In this document: positions 27,450-36,328 of the stretch, piece by piece | Layout of the letters: the number at the start of each line of letters is the position of its first letter | How positions within the stretch are numbered: position 1 is the first letter of the stretch | Origin: a virus | Strand: one strand, 5' to 3' | Virus record (IMG/VR): IMGVR_UViG_3300036860_000057 | Coordinates: 1 to 64,000 of that record | Length of the DNA stretch: 64,000 bases | Notes under the pieces: model-generated | Seen by the model: only the letters and a program-made list of their open reading frames with translations | Databases searched by the model: none | What the model was told of the DNA's origin: nothing | Position numbers and translations under genes: made by a program

Positions 27450-27609
27450 TACTTCATTACGATATGGTAATTAGAAATACATGCACGTCTAAAACATGCA
27501 CGGAGAAATATCAGTATTGAATCTCTGCACTATGATTCTCTGATTCTTCCAACCTAGTGATTTAGTTCTACTTACTATGATTTCAGATTGTCCTATTCTC
27601 TGCTCGACT

Positions 27610-27846
27610 CTAGTAGTGACCTAGTGTCAATTCAGCGCGTATCTGATTGAACCTATGTACAGATGAACGATAGGATCGACCTAAACGATCCTTATTGCTT
27701 CGAGATACGAAACTAAAGATAGCTAGTTTCCTAATCTCAGGATCAATGTTTTCTGATATACACTGGAAACGTATAAACCCTATGCCCAGTTTCCAATTAG
27801 CTCGAACTATATGGTAGGCTCGTTTATACTGCTGCTTAGTTGTCAT
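27610..27846 (-). CDS. Hypothetical protein
   Basis: GAGAGG RBS. Confidence 0.65.
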   Translation of the reverse strand: MTTKQQYKRAYHIVRANWKLGIGFIRFQCISENIDPEIRKLAIFSFVSRSNKDRLGRSYRSSVHRFNQIRAELTLGHY

Positions 27847-27980
27847 GATAATTATCCTCTCACAATTGATTGATCATACTCTAATAGCAGAGCGCTAGAC
27901 TGCGCACAATGTCGCTAATTCTAGCGCTATGGTGATTAAGGTAGGATGCTACCTAGATCGCGGATTAGACGATTCTAGGG

Positions 27981-28577
27981 CTATTGTATCTTGTCTACTG
28001 ATTTATAGGTGTATGGCACACTTCCCACATAACCATAGACTGATCCATATTCACCCTCCAGTTCCTCAACAAATAACCCACCATATGCTGATAGGTCTTT
28101 GCCGATTGACTCCCCAATGGCTGTAATCTCTTGGCTATCAGTAATGAGAGTTAATCTAGGATCAATATCTTCTATTGTCTGGAACACATCAAAGTGAAAT
28201 CTCTTTATGTCCCACACGTTGACAAATCCCTGATCGCTTTCATATAAATAGACCGATCTGATTGACTCGTCTATCAATTCTGGAAACAGAACGTAATCAA
28301 CTAGATCAACATCATAGCGCCACACCATAGGCAAATCAGATGCATCTGCTAGATCATCACTGTCTAGTCCAAACTCGCCAGCATAGGCTAGTTCAGCCTC
28401 TGATGTTGCGTCAAAGTCTGGTGGATCACCCCATAGTTGGAGATTATCCCACATATAGGGAACGTATCGGGGATTAGATTCAAACTTCCCTAGGTTACTT
28501 ACTCTAATCTGATAATCCTCAAGATCGTACATATCAGATTCTAATAGATCATTCTCATCATAGAACTTGTTAATCAT
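27981..28577 (-). CDS. Acidic hypothetical protein
   Basis: GKFE..P.Y...YESDQGFV; very acidic. Confidence 0.7.
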   Translation of the reverse strand: MINKFYDENDLLESDMYDLEDYQIRVSNLGKFESNPRYVPYMWDNLQLWGDPPDFDATSEAELAYAGEFGLDSDDLADASDLPMVWRYDVDLVDYVLFPELIDESIRSVYLYESDQGFVNVWDIKRFHFDVFQTIEDIDPRLTLITDSQEITAIGESIGKDLSAYGGLFVEELEGEYGSVYGYVGSVPYTYKSVDKIQ

Positions 28578-29160
28578 TATCTGACTCCTCTAATAGTCCT
28601 AGACTTTCGCAAGCATCGCGAATATCTGACGAGTCAAAATACCCATCTTCAGAATACTTGTTATTATCGCCTAACCACGACCATACTTTACTGACATTCT
28701 CATCTAAGTTATCAATACTCAAATAACGTAATTCTTGATAGATACAATCACCCTCAGATTCATATTCTTTATTACTCCAGTGATCCTCATCTGCTACCGG
28801 ATATAGATTCAATTTGTCTAACCAACCTTTGATAGCTACAGCCGCAGCAGTAGGTAGACCACACTCATTGATCATACGGATCATAAGATTCTCAGTAGGC
28901 GTAAACCAGGATGAGAATCGCTCGATTGTGGTATCATCCGAGAAACGTTCGATCATATCTTCAGAGATAACTTCCCAGTTTGAATCCTCAAGTAAGTTAG
29001 ATACGTTAGGAGCATAGCTATACATGATTGCCCATGTATCCCCGATAGGTGTATCCCCATGATAGCCAAATCCACCCATAGATCGCCGTGAGATTTCACG
29101 AGGATCACTAGCATGGATATGCTTGGAACAATAGTCTAATAACTCGATGTCATAAATCAT
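28570..29160 (-). CDS. Acidic hypothetical protein
   Basis: LEDSNW...L..YPV.DEDHWS..E.E; AAGGAGTCA RBS. Confidence 0.72.
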   Translation of the reverse strand: MIYDIELLDYCSKHIHASDPREISRRSMGGFGYHGDTPIGDTWAIMYSYAPNVSNLLEDSNWEVISEDMIERFSDDTTIERFSSWFTPTENLMIRMINECGLPTAAAVAIKGWLDKLNLYPVADEDHWSNKEYESEGDCIYQELRYLSIDNLDENVSKVWSWLGDNNKYSEDGYFDSSDIRDACESLGLLEESDND

Positions 29161-29172
29161 GATTTGACTCCT

Positions 29173-29367
29173 TTATAAATAGAATGGTTTATCTTTGATA
29201 TAGCTAACACACTTCTTAGTATCTTTGCATGGGGCAGCATAGATAGGAAAGTGCAAGGCAACATAGATCGCCATATGCTGATCAATGCTGGCGATCATAC
29301 TATCAACATCTGAGCTATCCGATAGATGAGATAACTCATTATCAAACTGCAGTAGAATACTAGTCAT
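29173..29367 (-). CDS. Hypothetical protein
   Basis: AAGGA RBS. Confidence 0.5.
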   Translation of the reverse strand: MTSILLQFDNELSHLSDSSDVDSMIASIDQHMAIYVALHFPIYAAPCKDTKKCVSYIKDKPFYL

Positions 29368-29429
29368 AGATTGATCCTTAATGCGTCGTGTGAGACGCTA
29401 CAACAGCCCTAGATTTGATGATACAACAA

Positions 29430-29480
29430 ATCCCCTAGACTAGCCTTGCACTAGTCAGCCGCGTCTAACGGATAGGGGAT
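29430..29480 (-). ncRNA. Compact three-way junction resembling an anticodon-less tRNA (T-loop TGCAAGG)
   Basis: ATCCCCTA/TAGGGGAT enclosing CCG-TTAGACG-CGG and GACTAG-TGCAAGG-CTAGTC. Confidence 0.5.
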
Positions 29481-29487
29481 ATGATAG

Positions 29488-30129
29488 TTATTTTTTACCG
29501 TTACTTGTGAAGTGTTTGACTGTCCAGTCTACCATGTTATCAAATGGGTGACCCTTGCTATTCCACTTGGCTACAGTAGACTCCAGCCATTTGCACTCCT
29601 CATCATTAAGCATCCGATTCAGTTTGTCAGAATCACTCATTACGTTTCGTACTTGAATCCAATCGATCTTACCTGAGACGAACGATCCATTATCCTTTGA
29701 TTTGTTACCGTTAGACTTAGCCTTGCTATTCTCACCCTTTGGGGAATTCACATGCTTAGTCTTGCCGAGTACACTGCCCATCACATCATAGGCAATCTCA
29801 CGGATAGAATTATCAGGAACGATCTCAATATCAATTGGTGTATGCCCATTGGCTAAACCTTGAGACACTAGGTCAATGTTTCCTTCACTGTCCATCACAG
29901 GGACCAAATCCTTAGCGCCCTTAGTGAATCCGGGCAGCATCCCGATAGCGAGGTCATCATTGATCCGCTTAGTCTTGATCTTGCCATAGCGCAATTCGAT
30001 ATTCTCTGTTTCCAACTGGCGTACATACTTCTCAATATCGTCAGCATATGCTTCCCATTCTCTAACATATCCGGGAAACATAAAGTGAACTAACTTAACT
30101 GTGAATGTGTTCATGATATTTTTCTCCAT
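29488..30129 (-). CDS. Hypothetical protein
   Basis: 213-aa ORF. Confidence 0.7.
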   Translation of the reverse strand: MEKNIMNTFTVKLVHFMFPGYVREWEAYADDIEKYVRQLETENIELRYGKIKTKRINDDLAIGMLPGFTKGAKDLVPVMDSEGNIDLVSQGLANGHTPIDIEIVPDNSIREIAYDVMGSVLGKTKHVNSPKGENSKAKSNGNKSKDNGSFVSGKIDWIQVRNVMSDSDKLNRMLNDEECKWLESTVAKWNSKGHPFDNMVDWTVKHFTSNGKK

Positions 30130-30177
30130 ATATCTCTAATTAGAATTCTAGCACGATACTCTATAGGATGCAAGACC

Positions 30178-30420
30178 CTATAGAACGACCTTACGTAGTC
30201 TCAACGTTTCCCACTGTGACCACGTTCCATTGTTCTGCATATGGCGCACCACAACATACTTACGATAGTCTACTGTGATAAGACCATACTGCAAGCCAAT
30301 CGATGATCCTACACTGGCGATAGACTTTACCGCACGATAGACAACGTATCTAGTGGGGACTACTGATGCGGCATTGTAGTCCATTGTGACGGGCGATTTG
30401 ACGTTATGCTTAATGACCAT
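30178..30420 (-). CDS. Hypothetical protein
   Basis: Start set at MVIKH after a CAGGAGTCA RBS. Confidence 0.55.
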   Translation of the reverse strand: MVIKHNVKSPVTMDYNAASVVPTRYVVYRAVKSIASVGSSIGLQYGLITVDYRKYVVVRHMQNNGTWSQWETLRLRKVVL

Positions 30421-30898
30421 GATCTGACTCCTGTTTAGGTACTGACTTATAAAAGTATCCATAGACACATCGAGTCCCACCCCGTGTGCAATCATAGGTA
30501 TCATTCAATACCCCATCTATGACTGCTGCGGAATGCTTAGACACATTGACAACTAACCTACCCATAGGCAATTCACCGTCTCGAAGGTGTACAGTACATC
30601 CTTTGCCTATTTGCATAGTTGATACCCATGTCCAGCCAATCGACTCCATATAACGGCGGATAGTTGGCTTGTAGACTCCCGTTCTGGCGTTAGACTTGCC
30701 TTGCTTGTTCTTACTCTTGTGTTCTGTCTTAGCAAGGTTATTAATAGCCTTGTAGACTGTTTTGTAGTTTTGTTCGGTAGCTATTGCAATTGCTCTTACT
30801 ACACAATCTGCGGCTTGTCCTTTATAACCTGCTGCGGATCGCCCACCGTCATTATAATGAAAGGCCATTCCTACTACTGGGGGAAGGCTTGCTGTCAT
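30410..30898 (-). CDS. Phage protein with DCVVRAIAIA and H..AVIDG motifs (papain-like Cys/His arrangement)
   Basis: Motifs as named; AAGGAGTCA RBS. Confidence 0.7.
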   Translation of the reverse strand: MTASLPPVVGMAFHYNDGGRSAAGYKGQAADCVVRAIAIATEQNYKTVYKAINNLAKTEHKSKNKQGKSNARTGVYKPTIRRYMESIGWTWVSTMQIGKGCTVHLRDGELPMGRLVVNVSKHSAAVIDGVLNDTYDCTRGGTRCVYGYFYKSVPKQESDHGH

Positions 30899-30986
30899 GA
30901 TTGACTCCTTGAGTGTGATTAGATTTGTGCTCTCATGAATACTCGTTAAGCCCTACCCTAACGAGTATTAGATCAGAGTACAAAAC

Positions 30987-31307
30987 TTACTGAGCGTTGT
31001 AGTAGTTACGATATAGCTCCATGCCCACAATGTAACCTTGTCCTGTCCATTGGATCACTGTTTCAGGGAAAGGCTTACCCATATCATACTCTATGCCTCG
31101 AACCGCATAGTGCTTAGTCCCTACTAGTGAGAGGCTAATAGTACGATAACGAGTAATCCCGTTCACTTGCCAATTATCCTGACAAGTTACACTGTCTGAG
31201 AATTGATCTACTGTATAGCTCATGTCCTCATATAATGTAACGAGTCGCCCTGGTTGACAATCTGAAGCATGAAACCCTATCAACAACGCGAGTAGTAATG
31301 CTGTCAT
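30987..31307 (-). CDS. Hypothetical protein, possibly secreted
   Basis: Hydrophobic N-terminus; AAGGAGTCA RBS immediately 3' of a hammerhead. Confidence 0.6.
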   Translation of the reverse strand: MTALLLALLIGFHASDCQPGRLVTLYEDMSYTVDQFSDSVTCQDNWQVNGITRYRTISLSLVGTKHYAVRGIEYDMGKPFPETVIQWTGQGYIVGMELYRNYYNAQ

Positions 31308-31326
31308 GTGTGACTCCTTTAAGTCT

Positions 31327-31382
31327 GGACTCTTCAGTGTAGCTAGTTAGCTACAGACTGGGGACAAGCCCCAGTTTCGTCC
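31327..31382 (-). ncRNA. Hammerhead ribozyme, type II
   Basis: GGAC GAAA CTGGGG CTTGT CCCCAG TC^ TGTAGC TAACTA GCTACA CTGAAGA GTCC: full CUGAnGA/GAAA/GUC core; predicted cut 31356/31355. Confidence 0.92.
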
Positions 31383-31564
31383 TATAGCTCCCATCGGGGA
31401 GCATCACCTCGGCGCATCATCTCATCATTGACTAGTTCTAATTCCTTGCGTATCTGATCCTGGTATTCCTCAGTCTGATACAGATCAGGATCATCAAGAA
31501 TAATCAGTAAGTCTAGACGCTTCCAAGAGATTTGTTCGTCGTCTAACTTCTGTAGACTTCTCAT
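31382..31564 (-). CDS. 60-aa hypothetical protein flanked by hammerheads
   Basis: AAGGAGTCA RBS, MRSLQKLDD... Confidence 0.65.
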   Translation of the reverse strand: MRSLQKLDDEQISWKRLDLLIILDDPDLYQTEEYQDQIRKELELVNDEMMRRGDAPRWEL

Positions 31565-31579
31565 TATGTGACTCCTTGT

Positions 31580-31640
31580 TAGGCTCATCAGTACAGGCTA
31601 TTACCTGTAGACTAGGGAAAGTATCCCTAGTTTCGTCCTA
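31580..31640 (-). ncRNA. Hammerhead ribozyme, type II
   Basis: TAGGAC GAAA CTAGGGA TACTT TCCCTAG TC^ TACAGG TAATAG CCTGTA CTGATGA GCCTA; predicted cut 31610/31609; stem II has a bulge/mismatch. Confidence 0.88.
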
Positions 31641-31901
31641 TAGACCAAATCCGTTATCAATAAAGAAACGAGTAAACCCTATTTCAACAATTCCCCATAC
31701 AGTGGTCTTGATTAGACCCTCGTTGTTATTAAGAAAATATTGCTTACCCCAGTAAGGATCAATCTTGATTTGAATAACCGTGAAAGTGTGATTTTTCTGC
31801 ATATGGAATAACGTACCGTCAATCCTGACAACATCCCCTACTGACAACATAGGATCAGGATTAGTTTTAACTGGAACTAGAGGCATACGAAACTTAAGCA
31901 T
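31638..31901 (-). CDS. Hypothetical protein (SH3/KOW-like VGDVVRI)
   Basis: AAGGAG RBS before MLKFR. Confidence 0.6.
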   Translation of the reverse strand: MLKFRMPLVPVKTNPDPMLSVGDVVRIDGTLFHMQKNHTFTVIQIKIDPYWGKQYFLNNNEGLIKTTVWGIVEIGFTRFFIDNGFGL

Positions 31902-31912
31902 TGGTAGACTCC

Positions 31913-32128
31913 TTATTTCACGAAAGTATAAATAGGGCGATTGTACTGTGCTGCTAATTTCATTAACTCTACTGCTACCGCCCATTCACAATTGTACTTA
32001 TTGCATATTGTTTCCACTACTGCTATCTGCTGAGGCGTTCCGCTTAGTCGCATCTTAGACTCTAGTGAATTAGAGTAAGAGGCTGTAAGTAGGTCGTCTG
32101 GGTTGTACTGGCTGATTACTGTGTTCAT
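31913..32128 (-). CDS. Hypothetical protein, first gene of the leftward early cassette
   Basis: Follows TTGACA-17 bp-TATGAT at ~32181-32209. Confidence 0.6.
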   Translation of the reverse strand: MNTVISQYNPDDLLTASYSNSLESKMRLSGTPQQIAVVETICNKYNCEWAVAVELMKLAAQYNRPIYTFVK

Positions 32129-32471
32129 CTGATTAGCTCTATGTTGTGTGTGTGTTTGCTTAATCTCGAACTATGACAACATCATAATCTATAATTATAA
32201 ACTTGTCAAGTATTTGATCCTTAAAGAATTCAGATTGGTAATTTGAGTACAATAATAGGGTTTGACTTATGGTTAGAGTTGTTACCATAAGTTAGGATGA
32301 TAACGTTATGTTGTTATTTATTTTAATGAGAGCATGAGTGTGCGCCTGCGTGCGTGTGCGTGTGTAATGGTATATTGCATCGACACACACGAGAACTCAT
32401 ACTTTCAACATTTTAATTATTCACTTGCATGAACTAATATATTGATATATACTAGAGAATAGAGAGAAGTA

Positions 32472-32681
32472 ATGCCCTATATATTAAATGGAACCAAATG
32501 TTATTCATCGAAAGAAGCAGCAGAGAAAGCAGATGTATCACTCTCCTATATAGCTCGTATAGCTAAGAAACATCAGATTGATGCTATCTTATTTAGAGGT
32601 GTATATTTCTTTCCAGTAAAGTCTTTTGTTGAATGGCAGGCTAGAAGAAAGAAACCAGGAAGGCCAAGGAAAATAAAATGA
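32472..32681 (+). CDS. HTH DNA-binding protein (excisionase/HTH_17-like) with AT-hook tail
   Basis: YSSKEAAEKADVSLSYIARIAK...IDA...G.YF; KPGRPRK. Confidence 0.75.
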   Translation: MPYILNGTKCYSSKEAAEKADVSLSYIARIAKKHQIDAILFRGVYFFPVKSFVEWQARRKKPGRPRKIK

Positions 32682-33016
32682 ATGTATTTGTGATTTTATA
32701 TGGTGTTGTTGGTATAGTAATTATAGTTATAGGGGAGATTATTATACTAAGGAAGTCCATGAGTGATTCTGAATTTGATTGGCCTAAGCAAATGTTCTTA
32801 CCTTTGCTCGTTGCACTAAGCTGGCCTATTCTAACTATTCCAGTATTTAATTTCTTGCTTGAGTTCTTAGAAGACACAAACATCCGAGTTGCTATCAGAG
32901 AATATCTAAATTCCAGAAAGCCCGATACTGCGTATGAAGTGTTGAAAGGAATAGAATTGGATAATGAATTAACGAATGAGTATGCTGAGAAGAAGAATTG
33001 GAGCTATAGAAAATGA
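32678..33016 (+). CDS. Hypothetical membrane protein
   Basis: Two hydrophobic segments; ATGA coupling. Confidence 0.65.
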   Translation: MNVFVILYGVVGIVIIVIGEIIILRKSMSDSEFDWPKQMFLPLLVALSWPILTIPVFNFLLEFLEDTNIRVAIREYLNSRKPDTAYEVLKGIELDNELTNEYAEKKNWSYRK

Positions 33017-33417
33017 CCAAAGTATATGTAGTAACACAAGGTAGTTATTCAGACTATAGAATTACAGCGCTATTCTCTACTCGTGAATTGGCAGAGATGT
33101 TTATCTCAACCTTCTCTAAGCCTTATTCTGATTTTAATGATGTAGTGGGATATGACTTGGATCAATTTGAGGAACAGATTCGAGAAGGGCTTCAGCAGAT
33201 ATTTGTCATAATGAATGAGGATGGCACAACTACTCATACTTATGGGATGATTCCATCACAAGAAGATATAGTATGTGAAATTAAAAGAAGTGGTGATGGT
33301 ACACTATATCTGCACATTGTAACTTGGGCTAGAGACGAACAACATGCCATTAAGATTGCAAATGAGAGGCGCTCAGCCTTGATAGCGTCCAACCAATTTA
33401 AGGAAGGAAGGCTATGA
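33013..33417 (+). CDS. Phage hypothetical protein
   Basis: MTKVYVVTQGSYSDYRI.ALFST.ELAE pattern. Confidence 0.7.
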   Translation: MTKVYVVTQGSYSDYRITALFSTRELAEMFISTFSKPYSDFNDVVGYDLDQFEEQIREGLQQIFVIMNEDGTTTHTYGMIPSQEDIVCEIKRSGDGTLYLHIVTWARDEQHAIKIANERRSALIASNQFKEGRL

Positions 33418-33503
33418 GTAAAGAAGACTGAAGAGACGTTAAAAGATCGACCTGATCTAAAAGAAAAACTAAAAAGTTTCAGAAAGATATTGGAGGATAA
33501 ATA

Positions 33504-33833
33504 ATGAGCGGGGAGTTTGGTAGTTATCTAAATGGATATTTCTGGTATCAGATGAAAGTTGGAGCATTGGATTGTCTTGACGGCGATAAAGAGATTACTA
33601 AACTCTGGGGAGAGTTCTTGAATGATTTTTCAGAGATAGCCCATGCTATTGCGTGGTGTGAAGCAGGTGATTCAGGTGTAGACTATCCTATCCGTGCTAC
33701 AATGGCCGCACTTCCCAGACTCAAGATAAGACTGGCTGATATTGAAAAGTACCTGGAGCCATTTCAGAAAGTAGCAGAAGAAGCTGTGAAATTGGAATTG
33801 GAGAAAAAAGAAAAGGAAAGAGATAATTCTTGA
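33504..33833 (+). CDS. Hypothetical protein
   Basis: GGAGG RBS; MSGEF...IAW.EAGD. Confidence 0.65.
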   Translation: MSGEFGSYLNGYFWYQMKVGALDCLDGDKEITKLWGEFLNDFSEIAHAIAWCEAGDSGVDYPIRATMAALPRLKIRLADIEKYLEPFQKVAEEAVKLELEKKEKERDNS

Positions 33834-33878
33834 CGAGATTGGTTTTTGATCTTATACTATAGATAAGGAGAATGGACA

Positions 33879-34094
33879 GTGTTTGCTGACTTTGTGTTGG
33901 TACTAAAAGAACTTGTAGAACTTGATCCTGATATGTTGATTTTCATGGATGGTGATGAAGTCAATATCTATTCAAAACATCATGGGTTAGTTGATCCTAG
34001 TAAACTATCCAAAGAAGCCTTACTAGCAATGGTGAGTCATGGTTGGCGATTTGCTAAGGATGATGAAGACTCAAATTATTATTTCGAACTATGA
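33879..34094 (+). CDS. Hypothetical protein
   Basis: After promoter TTGACG-17 bp-TATACT; AAGGAG RBS. Confidence 0.6.
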   Translation: MFADFVLVLKELVELDPDMLIFMDGDEVNIYSKHHGLVDPSKLSKEALLAMVSHGWRFAKDDEDSNYYFEL

Positions 34095-34291
34095 CCATCA
34101 CTTTCCTTTCCATGCTATTCTTTATGGGGCTTGCGTTATATGCTTATGACCAAGCCTTCTTCTATTTATCAGAACATCTTCACTGGAAGGATAATGAGAA
34201 GCTGGCGGAGTCCATCATATTTTTATTTGGTGGGATCGCTGCCACTGTTTTTGCACTCTACTGCTTAGGAGAGTTACTAATTCATGTTTAA
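34091..34291 (+). CDS. Small 2-TM membrane protein
   Basis: Two hydrophobic helices. Confidence 0.6.
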   Translation: MTITFLSMLFFMGLALYAYDQAFFYLSEHLHWKDNEKLAESIIFLFGGIAATVFALYCLGELLIHV

Positions 34292-34538
34292 CTATCGTAC
34301 CAATAAAATACTCCTGCTCATTGCTCGTGTTCTGTGGATTATGGCAGCAACTAACATCAAGGCTGGTAGCAAGCTAGAATCCAGACTCAGGGAGATTGGT
34401 GCTGAGATAGCACTGTTGCAAAAGGAGATGAAGTGAAGCGTCATCTCCAAGTGCTTAACCAGATCATTGTTATCTTAGGTCGTATTGCAGGACAACTAAT
34501 GAAAATGGCAATCAAAATGGTAAGGAGAGATTATAGAG

Positions 34539-34877
34539 ATGTTTGACTTAAGTAGACTGTTTGACAAGATTCGTGAACAGAACATGGTGAAGTCTTTGCC
34601 AAAGCCAAAGACTCGTCCTGAGACAGATGAAGAGTTTCAACGTCGAGCTTTTCATACTCCTATTTATTGTAAGGAGTGTGGGTCTGTTATATATCCTGAA
34701 TGGATACCTACTACATTTAGCCAAAGGACAGGAAAGCCTGAATATTGGGAAAATGTCCAGAAATGTCTAAAGTGTAATAAACTGACTATTGACTACAAGG
34801 TGTATTTATGGCAGGGAGAATATTCCTTTGGAGCACATTTCTCTATTTGTCGCGAGAGTGTAATTATTGATGAATGA
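34539..34877 (+). CDS. Hypothetical Zn-ribbon protein
   Basis: CKEC...CLKC. Confidence 0.6.
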   Translation: MFDLSRLFDKIREQNMVKSLPKPKTRPETDEEFQRRAFHTPIYCKECGSVIYPEWIPTTFSQRTGKPEYWENVQKCLKCNKLTIDYKVYLWQGEYSFGAHFSICRESVIIDE

Positions 34878-35005
34878 GAAAGCAACCACAGTTATCTGCC
34901 AGTGCGGATGCAGTGAGTCTTTTAGGTGTGTCTACAAAACTCGTAGGCCTAAGTATAAAGATGATTTTCACCGCTATGGCGGTTATATGAAGAATGGGAG
35001 GAAAT

Positions 35006-35341
35006 ATGGCAGGGTTGACGAGCGCTGATGTCCAACCATTCGTAGATTACCTCCAGCGTGAGCAGGACACTTGGTTTATCTGCAAGTATATTCCTACTAC
35101 ATATAACACAGCTAGAGGATTGCTGGGGCAGATGCATGAAGAAGTCCACAGTTGGGCTGATCTGTCTTCTACACCTTACCAGTATTTCTGGGAACCTGCT
35201 TGGGAACGATCTAAGACATTAATGACTATGAAAGATTGGAGTTATATTAGATGGACAGAGCGAGTGAAGGAAATAGCAATTTACAAGAAGGAATGGAATT
35301 GGGAACTGAACTGGGAGATACTTCCAGAGATTCCATTTTAG
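35006..35341 (+). CDS. Hypothetical Trp-rich protein
   Basis: GGGAGG RBS before MAGL. Confidence 0.6.
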   Translation: MAGLTSADVQPFVDYLQREQDTWFICKYIPTTYNTARGLLGQMHEEVHSWADLSSTPYQYFWEPAWERSKTLMTMKDWSYIRWTERVKEIAIYKKEWNWELNWEILPEIPF

Positions 35342-35592
35342 ACTTACGATATACAATCATCTGCTACAATGAAGGGAAGATTATCTTCAAGCGCAACACA
35401 CGTAAGAGAGGTTCAGTACAGTATCACGCTAAAGACAAGGATTGGGATTCTGTTTACCTGAAAGTCAGGTATCTGCGTGATAATGATGATGTATATAATG
35501 AAGGAAAGTATCAATATTTCGCTGAATTTGAGAAGGCATTTCAAGCCTTCACTGAGCCTGAACTAATAGACTATCTTTTAGAGGCGAGTTGA
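35293..35592 (+). CDS. Hypothetical protein
   Basis: Overlapping ORF; Y.KV.Y....YNEG.Y motif. Confidence 0.55.
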   Translation: MELGTELGDTSRDSILDLRYTIICYNEGKIIFKRNTRKRGSVQYHAKDKDWDSVYLKVRYLRDNDDVYNEGKYQYFAEFEKAFQAFTEPELIDYLLEAS

Positions 35593-35792
35593 TGGAGAAG
35601 ATCATCGATCTAGTAAATGGTGGAGCCTATACTGTAGTTAAGCAGACAGATAAGAGAATTTATTACACTAGAAACGGGAAGTCTAAGTATTTTAGTAAGG
35701 TTGACGAAGGAAAGAAGTTTCAATTTATGATCAAGAATGTTTATGTGTTTTCTTCACTGGGCAATGACTGGAATAAGTTCGGGATGTTCTAA
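35589..35792 (+). CDS. Hypothetical protein
   Basis: Coupled ORF. Confidence 0.55.
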   Translation: MMEKIIDLVNGGAYTVVKQTDKRIYYTRNGKSKYFSKVDEGKKFQFMIKNVYVFSSLGNDWNKFGMF

Positions 35793-36328
35793 TGAAAAAA
35801 TTTAAGATTCTTTCAAAATTAAGAAGATTTATTGTCAATTTTCTGGAAATGATAAACGATCTTTATGATTTTCCAGATAAAGAAAATTCCAATGATTGGG
35901 GATTCTAAAGTATAATATGTATCATCTCAGCAGAATTCAAAACGGTTTTATTAGAGCACTAGGTAGTGCAGCCAACGAAGAGTCGGCAAAAAATTTGCTA
36001 TCTCACTATGAGCCTGCACACCCTGAATGGATTCAGCAGGACGACGGAACTTGGCTATCCAAGATTTCTGACTATTACTTCTATACTATTGAAGAGGATG
36101 GAAAATTCGGTGGTCATTATACTAGCAGAGGAAAGGGATCATAGATACTCAATTATTCAGGAGAAAGATGGCAATCAGAAAAAGGTAGATATTTGTGATC
36201 TAGTCACAGCAGAATCCCTAGCACTGGAAGCAGAAGAGCTAGGGATTGATGTTCAATGGAAATATTTGGAAGACGTTTTAGCACAAGTCATCAGAGATGT
36301 ATAATAGTGATGTGGAGGTAAATAACAT

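Noticed and set aside
23896-27600. CRISPR array interpretation of the ATGCACG repeats
   Set aside because: The repeats are short, degenerate and irregularly spaced, and no cas genes are present
30924-30984. Pistol-ribozyme-like ACTCGTT..CGAGTAT stem
   Set aside because: It lacks the UAAA linker and pseudoknot partner; treated as a plain long hairpin
32472-32681. Excisionase implying a lysogeny module
   Set aside because: No integrase, att site or CI-like repressor is visible; annotated only as an HTH protein
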